A stretch of 63,527 nucleotides of DNA, filler included, from Octopus bimaculoides (GCF_001194135.2; 6 parts of 6 records of this genome joined end to end with filler, not necessarily neighbours in it), one strand, 5' to 3'. Positions 39,255-52,600 are shown, numbered from the whole stretch's first letter. The notes: generated from the letters alone by a model not told the origin. Translations and numbers: made by a program.

Positions 39255-39570
39255 TGGGGCACAACCTTGAAGAAATTTTTAGTCAAAGGAATCGACCCCA
39301 GTACTTTTCTTTTTGAGCCTAATACTTATTCTATTGGTCTGAGTTTGCTGAATTGCTAAGTTATGGAGACATGAAGAAACCAACAACAGTTGTCTGGGGA
39401 TGGACACACACATAGCAGGCTTCTTTCAGTTTCTGTCTACCAAATCCTTCACAAGACTCTGTTCTGTCTGAGACTATAGTAGAAGACACTTGCCCAAGGT
39501 GTCACACAGTGGGACTGAACTAGGAACGATGTGGTTGGGAAGCAAGCTTCTTACCATACAGATATCGCTG
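39255..39570 (-). mobile_element. SINE family A, diverged
   Basis: Contains AGTAGAAGACACTTGCCCAAGGTG.CAC.CAGTGGGACTGAAC on the + strand. Confidence 0.75.
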
Positions 39571-39751
39571 CACTTTTTATAAATATATATGTATGTATAT
39601 CTCAAGAACAGTGGAGAAAAGCTGTCAATGGCTTATACTCCATAGAGAGTAAAGAGCCCCCTACGGAAGTATATCTAGAGTGAGAAAAACAATTGCAGAG
39701 AGAAAAGTGAGGCACTTTAAGCTTGACAAATGAAACTAAAATTTTCCTTAC

Positions 39752-39775
39752 CTGAATTTGTTTCCTAGAAATTTG
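39752..39775 (-). CDS. 24-nt micro-exon (phase 0/0), QISRKQIQ
   Basis: Long pyrimidine tract catcctttttcctttttttctttattacAG and consensus donor CAG|GTAAGG. Frame-preserving. Confidence 0.6.
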
Positions 39776-39959
39776 CTGTAATAAAGAAAAAAAAGGAAAA
39801 AGGATGTAGTAAAGTAATTTAAGTCAGCATAAAATTTGCAAGATCCTCCACAAACACCTAAAATTTCACCCTTACAAGCTGCAACTAGTCCAAAACTTCA
39901 GCCAAAAGATAATGAAATGTGATTTGAATTTTGTGAGAATATCCAGTAATTAATGGAAG

Positions 39960-40620
39960 ATAAAGATAAACTGCTATGAAAATAATCATTTTCAGTGCTG
40001 AGACAATATTTCACTTGAACAACAAAGTCAAGAGGTATAACATGCAGATATCAGGACTTGAATGTCCCCACGCTACCCAGGAAATTGAGCGAGACTTAAC
40101 CAAAAGTTAATGTGTTTTGTGCCATATCAGAGAGGACAGTGTATGGCCTTTTCTTCTTTTAACGAGGAACTGTTACTGGACAAAGTTATCTGGAGATGCT
40201 GACCAATTGGATGTTTCCACAACTAGCTGCTGAGGGTGATGACTGTCAGATTTCTCACCGAGCACTTGCCAAACAGATGGATTGGTTGTGCTGGACGAGA
40301 TGATCAGGTGCTCTGCAAGTGGCCTGCAAGTGGCCTGCAAGGTCACTGGACCTAACTGTGTGACTTCTTTCTTTGTAGGTACGTGAAGAGCACAGTTTCT
40401 ATATCACCTCTCCTTGCAATCCTGGAGAAGCTAAAAATTTTGATGACTGAAGCAGTTCGCATGGTAAATCCAGATATGCTACTGAGCGTTTGGATTGAAC
40501 TGGACTATCGCATCAATGTTTTCTGAGGGGCACATATTGAGTGCCTTTAATGCTGCCCTACTCTGTGAAAGAGTATTACAATAAATTTACATGTTATTTC
40601 AATAGAGAGATATCACATGA
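39960..40620 (+). mobile_element. Tc1/mariner superfamily (rosa/Tc3-like) transposase remnant inside the TRANK1-like intron
   Basis: KVNVFCAISERTVYG.FFF...VTGQSYLEMLTNWMFPQL...LPNRWIGCAG...WPARSLDLT.CDFFL..YVK (RWIG and WPPRSPDLTPCDFFLWGYVK motifs). The second catalytic Asp region is deleted. Confidence 0.8.
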
Positions 40621-41388
40621 GCTCGTCTATAGCTTTAAAATCATAGCTGTGATCATTAGAGAATTGATTATGTCACCAACAGCCTCAGAACCAATCTACA
40701 GAAGTTAGGATTCACTAAGCCAGAGAGCATGCAACTGTGATAATTACATTAAGTTACCAATTTGTATCTTCATTATTGATCAGTTTAATGTTGTGCAACT
40801 TACTCCAATTTGAACTATGTTATCTAATGAATATCAAACTCTCAAGTAAGCCTCAAGGTTACATTCTTCTGAGGGAGAAGTGGGCTGGCAGGCAGCCATG
40901 AACGAGAGTGTCACCTGTAAACAAGTACAAAACTCTTGTTTTGAAACTTATGTCATTTACCTTAATAAATCTCAAAAGTTTTTTAGAGAGTCTCACTTAA
41001 CAGCAACTAATTATAAAATTGAAATTACAAGTTAATTCATGAAACTGTAAAAGTACATAAAATGTACAGCTACACCTGTAGAAATATAAATGAATGTATG
41101 TATAAACATGTACACGTTTCTGTGTGTATAGATCTAAATGACAATGAATCATTCACAGTTCACCAACAAAACTGAAGTTAGAATTGCAGAAGCAAAATAA
41201 AAGTTTTTAATTTAATAATATCACAATTTTATTATTATTGTTATTTTTAATATATTTTCCATCTTTCTTAACTCCTGCCTTCACCTCTCTCTCTTTTGTA
41301 AATACAAACTATATTGAAATAAATCTCAGTGTACCAAGAATAACAAAACACAACACACACACACACAAAGAAAGTAATTTCTCCAAAC

Positions 41389-41639
41389 CTTCATTGAATA
41401 ACAATATCTAGTTGCTTCTACCAAATCGTCATCTGCAGTTTCATTGGATCCAGTTGCAACGAGTAGTGATGCACGTGTAGCACAAAGCTTCACCAAGTTC
41501 TCACAATTCGACACAGTCGGGCTCTTCTCTAGAATCAAAGCCTGGCCAATCGTACAGTAACAGGTTAAAAGTTGTGTGTTGCTGCTGGACTCCAGTTTCT
41601 TTACTTGGTCCAACACACGGTCAACATTGTCGCAGTGAT
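41389..41639 (-). CDS. TRANK1-like gene, TPR-like exon (251 nt, phase 1/0)
   Basis: Acceptor ttgttttctgtAG, weaker donor aag|GTTTGG. Peptide HCDNVDRVLDQVKKLE...LCATRASLLVATGSNETADDDLVEATRYCYSMK; the last part fits the TPR pattern xxxRAxxxxxxGxxxxAxxDxxxA. Confidence 0.7.
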
Positions 41640-41662
41640 CTACAGAAAACAATTTTCAGATT

Positions 41663-41693
<31 letters not shown>

Positions 41694-41829
41694 ACAAACA
41701 TGATAATAATAACATTATTTATGGTGACTTTCACGTTTTGTCAAGTGTGCAGCTTAATCAAACTGGATTTGAATAAACCACACACCTGGTGGCACTTCAA
41801 AGTCACTGACTATGACTGGCACTCAGCCA

Positions 41830-42090
41830 GTTACGATGACGCAGGAGCCAGTTGATCCAATCAACAGGACATCCGCCTCGTGAAATTAATGTGCAACTGG
41901 CTCAGCACGCCACAGACCTAGCGTAATACAGAATGGCCGGCCCTTTGAAATACAGGTCCATCTCATTTTTGCCAGGTGAGTGGACTGGAGCAACGTGAAA
42001 TAAAGTGTCTTGCTCAAGGACACGACATGCCACCAGGAATTGAACTCACATTCTTACGATCATGAGGCAAATACTCTGACCATTAACCGA
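41830..42090 (-). mobile_element. tRNA-derived SINE (family D-related head)
   Basis: On the + strand: GGAGCAAC.TGAAATAAAGTGT.TTGCTCA.G.ACAC.ACATG...GAATTGAAC. A + copy of the same sequence lies at about 37645-37790. Confidence 0.6.
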
Positions 42091-42409
42091 TTCACCTTCA
42101 CTCACTGACCATAATAATAAACATCAGCCTCTGCTGCCCTTGTGTTGAGGTATTCAGTCAAGGTTCATAATTTTTATGTCTATACAAACATCCATTTTCA
42201 ACTGTCTACATACTCCATGCTAGCATATTTTATTAATTCACTTATAACTTTGTTTTAATTAACATTCCAACAACAATAGATACAAGAATACTAGATAAGG
42301 ACGGTGAGGAGGAGATAGAGGTGGAGGAAGAGGAAGGCGAAGAGAAAGAGGAGGAGAATGACAAAGACAGCAAGAACACGATGGAAGGAAATCAAACTGT
42401 ATATCTTAC

Positions 42410-42658
42410 TGATATTTTCCACTTTGAGAAGTGCTCCCGGCAGCTTTAAAATGGAGACGAGATCCTCTGCCTTTCGACCTTGGGAGTCTTTCAGTGATTT
42501 TTTAATCCCTTTCCTCAGCAACAGTTTGACAACTTTTATGTAAAACTGAACATCTTCAACTTCAGTTTGTACCAAGGAATGCAATAGAGTCTCGTTTCTG
42601 GCGTTCACCACATTGATGTTCTTGTTGTTAAGGCCGTAATCTAAAGCATCAAGAGAAC
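42410..42658 (-). CDS. TRANK1-like gene, ankyrin-repeat exon (249 nt, phase 1/1)
   Basis: Acceptor ttctttgtttatttcttgcccccAG, donor atca|GTAAGA. Peptide NINVVNARNETLLHSLV...VVKLLLRKGIKKSLKDSQGRKAEDL fits the ankyrin consensus (N.xxG.TpLH; vklLLxxGa...kdxxGxtaxdl). Confidence 0.85.
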
Positions 42659-42700
42659 CTGGGGGCAAGAAATAAACAAAGAATAGATTTATTTAAATGT

Positions 42701-42800
42701 NNNNNNNNNNNNNNNNNNNNNNNNNNNNNNNNNNNNNNNNNNNNTTAATTAATTAANNNNNNNNNNNNNNNNNNNNNNNNNNNNNNNNNNNNNNNNNNNN
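42701..42800. other. Artificial scaffold spacer 44N-TTAATTAATTAA-44N (also at 20043, 34657, 50583, 61195)
   Basis: An identical 12-mer is centred in 100-bp N blocks five times and places stop codons in all six frames. Confidence 0.9.
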
Positions 42801-42850
<50 letters not shown>

Positions 42851-42891
42851 CAAGTTTTTTTTCATTCTCTCTCTGTTTATTTTATCTTACT

Positions 42892-42929
42892 CTTTTCTGT
42901 TGAAGAGCGTAGGTTCGAAACGTAAAAGG
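42892..42929 (+). ncRNA. Minimal type I hammerhead-ribozyme-like motif (PLE type) with non-canonical core
   Basis: CTTTT-CTGTTGA-A-GAGC-gtag-GTTC-GAAA-C-GTA-AAAGG. Stems I and II pair, but the core is CUGUUGA instead of CUGANGA. Confidence 0.4.
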
Positions 42930-44308
42930 CTTTTTCATTTTCCCGACCGTCAAACTAACACTCTTGCTTGTTGTTCATACACCTGTCTTGGTCTTTTGTT
43001 ATCCTATAAATTTCAAGTATACACATACACACACGCACACACAAACAGAGAAAGATGCCTATGAGAGAGCTTCTTTATGTTATTCGTTGTGAGAAAAATA
43101 GCAGTCAAATCTCGCTCAAATGATATCCGATTGTCTTAAATATGGAAAGAACACTGGATAACGTAGTCTAAGGTAAACTCTTAAATGGCGAGATGGTCAA
43201 GGCTGGAATATATTTTATCATGTATCTGCTCGAGCTGAGATGGACCTGGGCTAAACATCAACATAGATAGATAGAGAGAGAGAGAGGGGGGGAGTGAGAG
43301 AGAGAGTGAGATAAACGTGTTTTGCTTCAAATGTGAAATACACATGCCGAGCACACTTAAGTTGTCTATGAGCTGTGATAAGATAAGTTCGCTGTGATAG
43401 CAATGCCGCTTCCATACTCGACTGAAATCTCTCACTTGCAATGTTTTCTACTATATTCTATTGAAGATTTCAGAAAAGACCACAAACAAGAATTGTGTTT
43501 CTACCCAATGAACTTTAAAAGTAATATATACAGATTCTTTGGTTAAAGAATTTGCGTGTGTTAACCCCAAAATGTCGTCTTTTGCGATGCGGTAGTATTC
43601 GTAATAATAATGGTTTCTCTTGTAAGAACAAGGTCACACGTTTGTAAAGGGAAAAAGAAACAAAACACTCCCCCCCACACCACCACCACCACCACGTCCA
43701 AAATTCAGTATTCTTTTAGTCTTTGAGTATTTTCAATGATTGGAGTGCGGCCATTCCGGAGCACCGCCCTGAAAAGTTTAGTCGATTAAATCGACCTCGG
43801 TAATTATTGTGTGTCTGTTGCTTATTCTATTGCTTTCTTTTTGTCGAACCGCAAGATTATGGGGGCGTAAACGAATTAGCACCGGTTGTCGAAAGGCGAG
43901 AGTCAAATACAAAAATCACACACGCACACACACACACACGGTAGGCTTCCATACAATTTCTGTATTCTAATTTCACTCACAGTTCATTGGTCGGCCAAAG
44001 ACTTTATTAAAAGACTCTTACGCAAAATGCTTCGCAGTAGGAATGAACCCGAAATCATATGCTTGCGAAGCGAACATGTTAACTACACCGTCATTCCTGG
44101 GACCATACAATAATGTAGAGTAGTGTAGTTATTTATTTATCTTTTTTTAGTCGACCCAATTAGCTGACAGGCACTTTTTTAGTAAACCTTCAGTGAAAAA
44201 TACACACACCAGCAAAGATTTGAACTGGAATGTTAATGATCATTACTAAATACCTCATGATGTTTAACCTGGTGCTCTAAAGTTTTTTTAAGATAGAATG
44301 TACTTCTA

Positions 44309-44910
44309 CATGGTACCTATTTACACTAGGTAGATTGTGCCTCACATGGTACCTATTTACATCTAGGTAGACTGTGCCTCACATGGTACCTGATTACAGC
44401 TAGATAGACTATAGTACTTACGTATAGCTACCTGTGACTGTGTAACTTCACATGTTACCTATATACCGATAGTATTAGGTAGACTTAGTAAAAGATGGAT
44501 GGCATGTGCCGCTCTATAGTTAAATATAGTCCGGTAGACTCTATCTTAACATGGTACCTTTTACAGTTAGGTGGACTGTGGTACCTATATACAGCTCAAA
44601 CTTGATTTATTTACAGCAAGGTGAACTGTATCTCAATGAGGTACCTAATTTGCACTCAGGTGGACTGTACTTTCACGTGGTACTCCTTTGTAATTAGATG
44701 GACAATAACTCAGTGTTGTACCCATTTACAGCGATATGGACTGTACTCAAACGTGGTACGTATATACAGTTAGGTGGACTGTCCCTTAACAGGATAACTA
44801 TTTACAGCAAGGTGAACTGTACCTCACTAATTTACCTATTTATATGGTAAGTAATCTGTACCTCCACAAGGTACGCATTTATAGTTGAGTTCACTATCCT
44901 TCAATATAAT
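44309..44910. repeat. Degenerate ~37-bp minisatellite, roughly 15 units
   Basis: Unit CATGGTACCTATTTACAGCTAGGTAGACTGTGCCTCA. The first two copies are nearly identical and later copies decay. Confidence 0.85.
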
Positions 44911-45702
44911 ACTGCTATATAGTTTATAGCTAAGTGGTCTGTATATAACATTATTGCTACATACACACATATATATAGTATCTTTAATACATAGCATGTA
45001 CAGGAGGTGGACACTGTTTCTGGTAGACTAGCGACCTAGCCCAGAGAAGAATACAATCACAGAATAACTGGAAATGTGAAAAATCTGCTATGAATTGTAG
45101 ATACACAAAGGAGCCTTATCGGATGTATAAAACGAACAAACAAAAATCAATACATATTTATATGTGTTGAAGTATTTATGAATATATTATTTATGCACAT
45201 ATGCAGATTTATCCAGTTCACATCAAGCACATAGTTATTCATATATATATTCGCACTCGCACGTACACACATAATTATATATATACATATACATGCATGT
45301 ATATACAGATCTGTGTGAATGTATATATATATATNNNNNNNNNNNNNNNNNNNNNNNNNNNNNNNNNNNNNNNNNNNNNNNNNNNNNNNNNNNNNNNNNN
45401 NNNNNNNNNNNNNNNNNNNNNNNNNNNNNNNNNNNNNNNNNNNNNNNNNNNNNNNNNNNNNNNNNNNNNNNNNNNNNNNNNNNNNNNNNNNNNNNNNNNN
45501 NNNNNNNNNNNNNNNNNNNNNNNNNNNNNNNNNNNNNNNNNNNNNNNNNNNNNNNNNNNNNNNNNNNNNNNNNNNNNNNNNNNNNNNNNNNNNNNNNNNN
45601 NNNNNNNNNNNNNNNNNNNNNNNNNNNNNNNNNNNNNNNNNNNNNNNNNNNNNNNNNNNNNNNNNNNNNNNNNNNNNNNNNNNNNNNNNNNNNNNNNNNN
45701 NN

Positions 45703-45733
<31 letters not shown>

Positions 45734-45842
45734 GAACATATATATATATATATGCTGATTTATATGCATATGTTTGTGTGTGTGTGTGTACACACACAAA
45801 TATATACATATACATGCATGTATATACAGATCTGTGTGAATG

Positions 45843-45875
<33 letters not shown>

Positions 45876-45983
45876 ATTATATATATATATATTTAAACAC
45901 ACACACACACACACAGATATATATATATATATACTTCATTCAACACATGTGTGTGTGAATACACACGCTCGCGTGCACGTACG

Positions 45984-46014
<31 letters not shown>

Positions 46015-47121
46015 ATACACACGCATTGTATATAACTGTTTTCACACACACGCATGTGCTGAATGAAATAGTTATGTAGCGTTGAGTGATGTAGATATTA
46101 TTGAAGAAATGAGATTGAGTAGAATGAAACGGAGTGGAGTGGAGTGGAGTAGAGTAGATCAAAGTGGAGAGTGTAGCATAAAGTTGAGTGAAATAGTCCA
46201 TATCAAAGTGGAGTGTATCATAGTGCTGGGTGAAATAGTGTAGTGCTGTATAAGAGAATAAAGTAGGTAAAAATCAAAGTGTAGAACGGAGCAAGGTAAG
46301 AGAGGTGTTGCTGAAAGTTGAGTGAATGTGTGCTTAAGTAAAATTGCTAGCTACATATATAGTTTTCGCTTCTTTGATTGTATTAAAACGTGCGTTAGTG
46401 CTTAAGAGAAAAGAAAACATTAGATTTTTTTTTTTTTTTTTCAGTTTCAACATTTCATTTTAAATGATTCTTCAGGTGTGGAATAGCAATAAAACATTTT
46501 CTCTGAAAAATGATTGACTGAATAGATTGAACAATTTTCAGTGAAAACAAAAAAGATTTTTCTGCATTATGTTTCAAGAAATAGTTTTCAAAGAAATAGT
46601 AGAAATATTTTGCTTGGAGCAAACAAGAACAAGAATAAGTAAAAAGAAAACAACAAAAAAAAAAAAATGGTGGGGTGCAATCATACTGCATTGCTGCAGA
46701 AGATATTCGAAAATATAATTTATATTGTGTGTGTGTGTGTCTGCGCGCGCGCGTAAATGCCTGTATATAAATATATATAAAATAATAATAGTAATTATGT
46801 TTTGTATGTATTTATGCATGCATGTACATATATGTACGTTGGCAATGTATGCGTTAGTGCGATTTTATATGTGTTTGAGAGTTTGTGAATGCATGAATGT
46901 ATATATATGTATGTTTGCACGTTAGTGTGTGATATGTGTGTGCGAGTGTGTGTTTGTTTGTTTGTGCATGTGTGTGTGTGTGTGCGTGCATATAAAAGTT
47001 TCGCCTACCTCATTTCCGGCATACAGCGCTATAGGTTGTCTATTGTCATTTACACTCCGGTCGTCCTCTCTCATAGAACCGATGATAATGACGATGAAGT
47101 TGATAACGATGATAATAATGA

Positions 47122-47152
<31 letters not shown>

Positions 47153-47831
47153 AGTGGTGGTGTTGATGCGTTTGCTGTTGTTGATAACAGATGATGCCTC
47201 CAGTAATAATAATAATAATAATAATAACAACGATCGCTGAAGCCTATTTTTGTTGTGGTTGCAGTAGTTAATTATGTTATGTTGTTATTTCACTTTGAAT
47301 AAGTGTAATGTATGTGTATGTGTGTGTGTGTGTGTGTGTGTGTCTGAGTGTGTATGTGTGTGTGTGTGTGTGACGGTGGGTGTGGGTGTGTGAGTGTTTA
47401 GTATGCGTTTATGTGTGTAATCGTTTATTTGTGTTTATGTGCCAGTGTGAGTCTGTATACGAGCTTATATGTATGTTTGTTCGTGTTCTTTTATGTTTAT
47501 ATTCATATTAACGTACGACTGTATATTTTTGTATGTTTTTGTACATGGCAACACTGTGGTGAATTGTAAATATATATATTTATATATATAGGTATATATA
47601 TATAAATACATATATATATATATATGTATGTATATGTTTGTGTATATGTATCTATATTTGTACTGATGTGAGCATGTGCTTGGTTATATATGTATGTATG
47701 TTTGTGCGTCTGTATGCACGTATTAATGTATAATTATGTATACGTATGTATGTATGTATGTATGTATATGTAAGCACTTGACTGTAAATTTATTGATTAT
47801 GTATGCGGTTTTTGTATGTATATAAATATAT

Positions 47832-47869
<38 letters not shown>

Positions 47870-48604
47870 TTATGTGTGTGTATATGTGTGTGCGTGCGTG
47901 TATGTGTGTTTTCGTGTGTGTGTATATGTAATATGACTGTTTTCTTTTTCTTTTTTTTTTTTCTTTTTTTAGTTATTGTTTGTGGTTCACATTCGATTCA
48001 CTGAGTATATTTATATATTTGACTACCGTGTGTAGTTTTGATGACCGATACTTCTGTCCGCACGCATAATAAAATAGACAGGTAACTATATATATACATA
48101 TATATTAATATGAGTGTATATATACATATCTTTGTACATACATCTATATGTACACACAAAACACTCACAGACGCGCGCGCGCGCTCTCCGCACACGAAAC
48201 TCGTGTGTCTTCTGTTAAAAGACTTCCAACTCGAGTGCCTGTAGAGTCAGTGCCTTCACTTAAGAGCGACTCATACCTTGTTCCAGTAGTGTTGTTAGAT
48301 GTTGAGTGAGTGAGCAAGTGAGTGAGAGAGAGGGGGAGGGAATATGGGAGAGAGAGAGAGGGAGGGAAGAAGTGAATGAGAGAGTGTGCGCGTGCGTATA
48401 GCGAGGAGTGGGTAGCGGTGTGAGAATGTGAGTGAGCGCGTGTGTGTGCGTGTAACCATGTGCATGTAAGCGTGTGTGTGTGCGCGCGCGTGTTTTGTGA
48501 AATGGAGAGAGATAGTTGAAGAACAAACAGGAGTTAGGGAGAGAAAGAGAGGGTGAGAGAAAGAGGTAGATACAAATATTCGCGCTGGCGTCTGTGGAGA
48601 AGTA

Positions 48605-48680
48605 GTAAGATTAAAATGGAGGAAGCGAGTCGTTGTAAGATTAAAATGGAGAAAGCGAGTCGTTGTAAGATTAAAAGAGA
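48605..48680. repeat. 30-bp tandem repeat x2.5
   Basis: GTAAGATTAAAATGGAG(G/A)AAGCGAGTCGTT repeated. Confidence 0.85.
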
Positions 48681-50484
48681 CAGTAAAGAAAAGTGTATGA
48701 TGGACAGACGACAGAAGATACTGAGAGTAAAAAGAGAGAGAGAGAGAGAGAATATGAAGTGAGTGTGTGTGAAACTAAGAAAGAGATAATGAGAGTAAGA
48801 GGGGAGAGAGAAAGAACGAGAGTAGAAACACTGCACTTGTGCGTGTGTGTGAGAGAGAGAGATAGAAAAAGACAAGAGAGGGGTTGTGTGTGTGTATGAC
48901 TGAGAAATAAAGAAATCAAGAGAGATAATGAGTGTGTAAGAGTGGCAGTTAGAGAAAGAGAAAGAGGGAAAGAGGGAAAATTTACTGTGCATCTGTGTGT
49001 GTGAGAGAGAGAGATAGATAGAGAGAGACAAAGAGATTGTGAGGTGTTGTGTGTGCGTACGTATTGCGTTTGTGTCTGTGTGTTCAATTAAGAAAGAGAC
49101 GAATAAGAAAGAGCAGCTATGGGAATAAATGAGAGGGAAAATGAGAGATTATTATACCAAGAGCGTGTAATGGCGAGGTACAGTTAGGGAGAGGTGTACT
49201 CAAACTGTGTAGATTTATATGAATTATAGTATTTGTGTGTGTGTGTGCGCGCGTGTGCTCGGTAAAAGTAAATATGCATAGTTTTATGTAAGGGTAGTGG
49301 TGGAGAGAGAAAGAGAGGGGAGGGAGAGCGTGTGTGTGTGTGTCTGTGTGTGTGTGTGCGTGTGTGTTAATCTTTATTTCTGTGTATGTGTAAAATACGA
49401 ACGGAATTGACGCGCATATGTATGCAAAAGTGACTGACACACAACCTGTACATTTAGTTATGTGAGAAACGTGAGAAACACTGTATCTGTTTGTATATAG
49501 GTGTATGTGTATCGGTATGTGTGCGAGTGTCCATGTATGAATGCATGCGTGTATGTATGTATCTATGTATCTATCTATATACACATATGTTTGTATGCAT
49601 GCATGTATGTATGTATAAACGGATGAATGAAAATGATAATGTGTGGGCGTCTGATGCACGCACATTAGTGTGTGTTGGTCCTTAGCTGTTTTGTGCATAT
49701 CCATGTATATTTGTATTTATGTATGAATGTACTACATACGCACGGGTATATGTGTGTGTGCCGTACTTATGTATGGATCCATGCGCGCATATATTTATGT
49801 ATTCATGTATGTACGCATGTTGTATGTACGCATATATGTAAGTATGCGTAAAAAGGCGTGTACGCATATAAAACAATATCATGTCGTTTGTGTGAGTGAG
49901 TGATTGAGTGAGTGAGTGAGTGCCCGTATGTACGTGTGTGCGTGCGTCTCAGGTCTAGTGTGTAAGTGTGGCTACGACGTAAACTGTGGATGGTGTGTGT
50001 CTCCGTGCATGTGCATCCATATGTTCCCGCGGGCTTTTGTATATGATCTGTTGCATTAAGGTGTACTTATCAGTGCGTGCGCGTATCCATAGAGCGTGTG
50101 AAACAAAGAATATCTGTTTATGAACGAATCTATATGTGCGTGTGTGAGACTGTCTGCATATAAGAACAAGCATGTGTATGTCAAATGGGGGATGTGCACG
50201 TATGTGAAGTGAGTGCAGTGTTTGAGTGTAACTCGTGCATGTGTACATCATGCGTGCTTGTGTGAGTGTGCATGTCTCTAAGCGCGTATGTGTGTGTGTA
50301 TGTATGTATGTATGCATCTGTGTGTGCGTGCTGGGGGTATATTGTACGTATGTTTGTTTACATGCATAAGTGTCAGTGTGGGTCTATTCGTAAAGGAATC
50401 TCAGCAGTTGTTTGATGTGTGCTTACGTTTATTTCTGTGTACGTATGTACGCATGTTCGTGCTTTCCTTTCTCCACCTCTCTCC

Positions 50485-50538
<54 letters not shown>

Positions 50539-50638
50539 NNNNNNNNNNNNNNNNNNNNNNNNNNNNNNNNNNNNNNNNNNNNTTAATTAATTAANNNNNN
50601 NNNNNNNNNNNNNNNNNNNNNNNNNNNNNNNNNNNNNN

Positions 50639-50678
<40 letters not shown>

Positions 50679-50734
50679 CAGACAGACAGGCAGGCAGACA
50701 GGCAGACAGGCAGACAGGCAGACAGGCAGACAGG

Positions 50735-50774
<40 letters not shown>

Positions 50775-50788
50775 TAGATAGACAGATA

Positions 50789-51028
50789 GGTGGCAAGCTG
50801 GCAGAAACGTTAGTGCGCCGGGTGAAATGCTTAGCGGTATTTCATCTGCCTTTGCGTTCTGAGTTTAAATTCCGCTGAGGTCGACTTTGCCTTTCATCCT
50901 TTCGGGGACGATTAAATAAGTACCAGTTACGCACTGGGGTCGATGTAATCGACTTAATCCCTTTGTCTGTACTTGTTTGTCCCCTCTATGTTTAGGCCCT
51001 TGTGGACAATAAAGAAATAAGAAATAAG
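50789..51028 (+). mobile_element. SINE family B, full copy
   Basis: Head through the tail ...GTCCCCTCTATGTTTAGGCCCTTGTGGACAATAAAGAAATAAG. Confidence 0.85.
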
Positions 51029-51055
51029 ATAGATAGACAGAAAAAATATAGATAC

Positions 51056-51098
<43 letters not shown>

Positions 51099-51595
51099 TA
51101 CACATGTGTGTACAGGTGCATAAACTTATCTTCCTGCCATTCTAAAATTAGCCTCTCTCGGAAACTTGCCTCTTATGCTGTCTGTTTTAATATGTAAATG
51201 ACAAGTACTAAAGTTCAGAATTTTTCCTTACAGCTCAAAATTGACAACCCTAAATATTCACGCATCTATTAATTTTAACTTTATGCACTTACATCTGCTC
51301 TGTACATTAACTTGCAATGAATAACCATGTTAAATGAAAACCCACTGGATCATTACAAACTTCAAACCATTGAGGTTATTTTATGCTAAATCTTATATAT
51401 ATTTTTTTCAGTGTATATATATATATATATATATAGATATATAGATATATAGATATATAGATATATATGTGCATGAGTGAGAGAGAATCTATATTTATAT
51501 ATTCCTATATACATCCATATATATATACACACATATACATATGCATATACATACATATATATATATATGTATGTATATGCATATGTATATATATA

Positions 51596-51630
<35 letters not shown>

Positions 51631-52360
51631 TTATTTACATGCATATGCACATATATATGCACACATATATACACATGCAACATATATATATATATATATG
51701 CACATACATATATATGCATGTGTATGTGTTGTGTGTGTTGTGTGTGTTGTGTGTGAGAGTGTACAGATTGATAGATACATACATATATATATAAATACAT
51801 ACAAATATATGTATGTATAATACATATATTTATAGATACATGCATATATATCTATGTATGTATATGTATATATATATATATATACAAATATATATACATG
51901 TATATATTTGTGTGTGTGTGCCTGTATGCATGTATGTATGAGTGTATGTATGTGTGTATGTATGTATAATTTTTCAGTATTAAATCACCAAATTATATAT
52001 TAACCCATACAGTTGCACATCATATATTATTTATTCACTGACAGGCTTACCAGTTTACAACCTCAATTACATCAACAAATTTTCATTTCTCCTCCTAAAT
52101 CCTGGCTTCCACACTTTCACATATTATATTCCATTAGTAATAAATTATATTTATATATTTAGCTCGTTGAGACACCTTTCCTTTCTTAATCACTTTAAAA
52201 AAAATTTTCATCAGCATATATTTAACGAACACTTATCTTTAGTCATCAGTTAGCTTTTTATATTTTTTATCTTAATTTATTCTGAAAACATTGTTTCTAT
52301 CATATTCTATCCATGAAGTATGACATAAATTAACTCACCTTTCTCACAAATAATAGAATG

Positions 52361-52600
52361 TTTTCTTATTTCTTTATTGCCCACAAGGGGCTAAACGTAG
52401 AGGGGACAAACAAGGACAGACAAAGGGGTTAAATCAATTACATCGACACCAGTGTGTAACTGGTACTTAATTTATCGAACCCGAAAGGATGAAAGCAAAG
52501 TCGACCTCGGCGAAATTTGAACTCAGAACATAATGGCAGACGAAATACCGTTAAGCATTTCACCCAGTGTGCTAACGTTTCTGCCAGCTTGCTGCCTTTT
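52361..52600 (-). mobile_element. SINE family B, full copy
   Basis: Reverse complement of 50789-51028. Confidence 0.85.

Noticed and set aside
43181-43441. 86-aa minus ORF upstream of the ankyrin exon
   Set aside because: No convincing splice pair or motif, and it runs through a (CT)n repeat.
44309-44910. CRISPR-like array
   Set aside because: The units are contiguous degenerate tandem copies without unique spacers, the context is eukaryotic and there are no cas genes.
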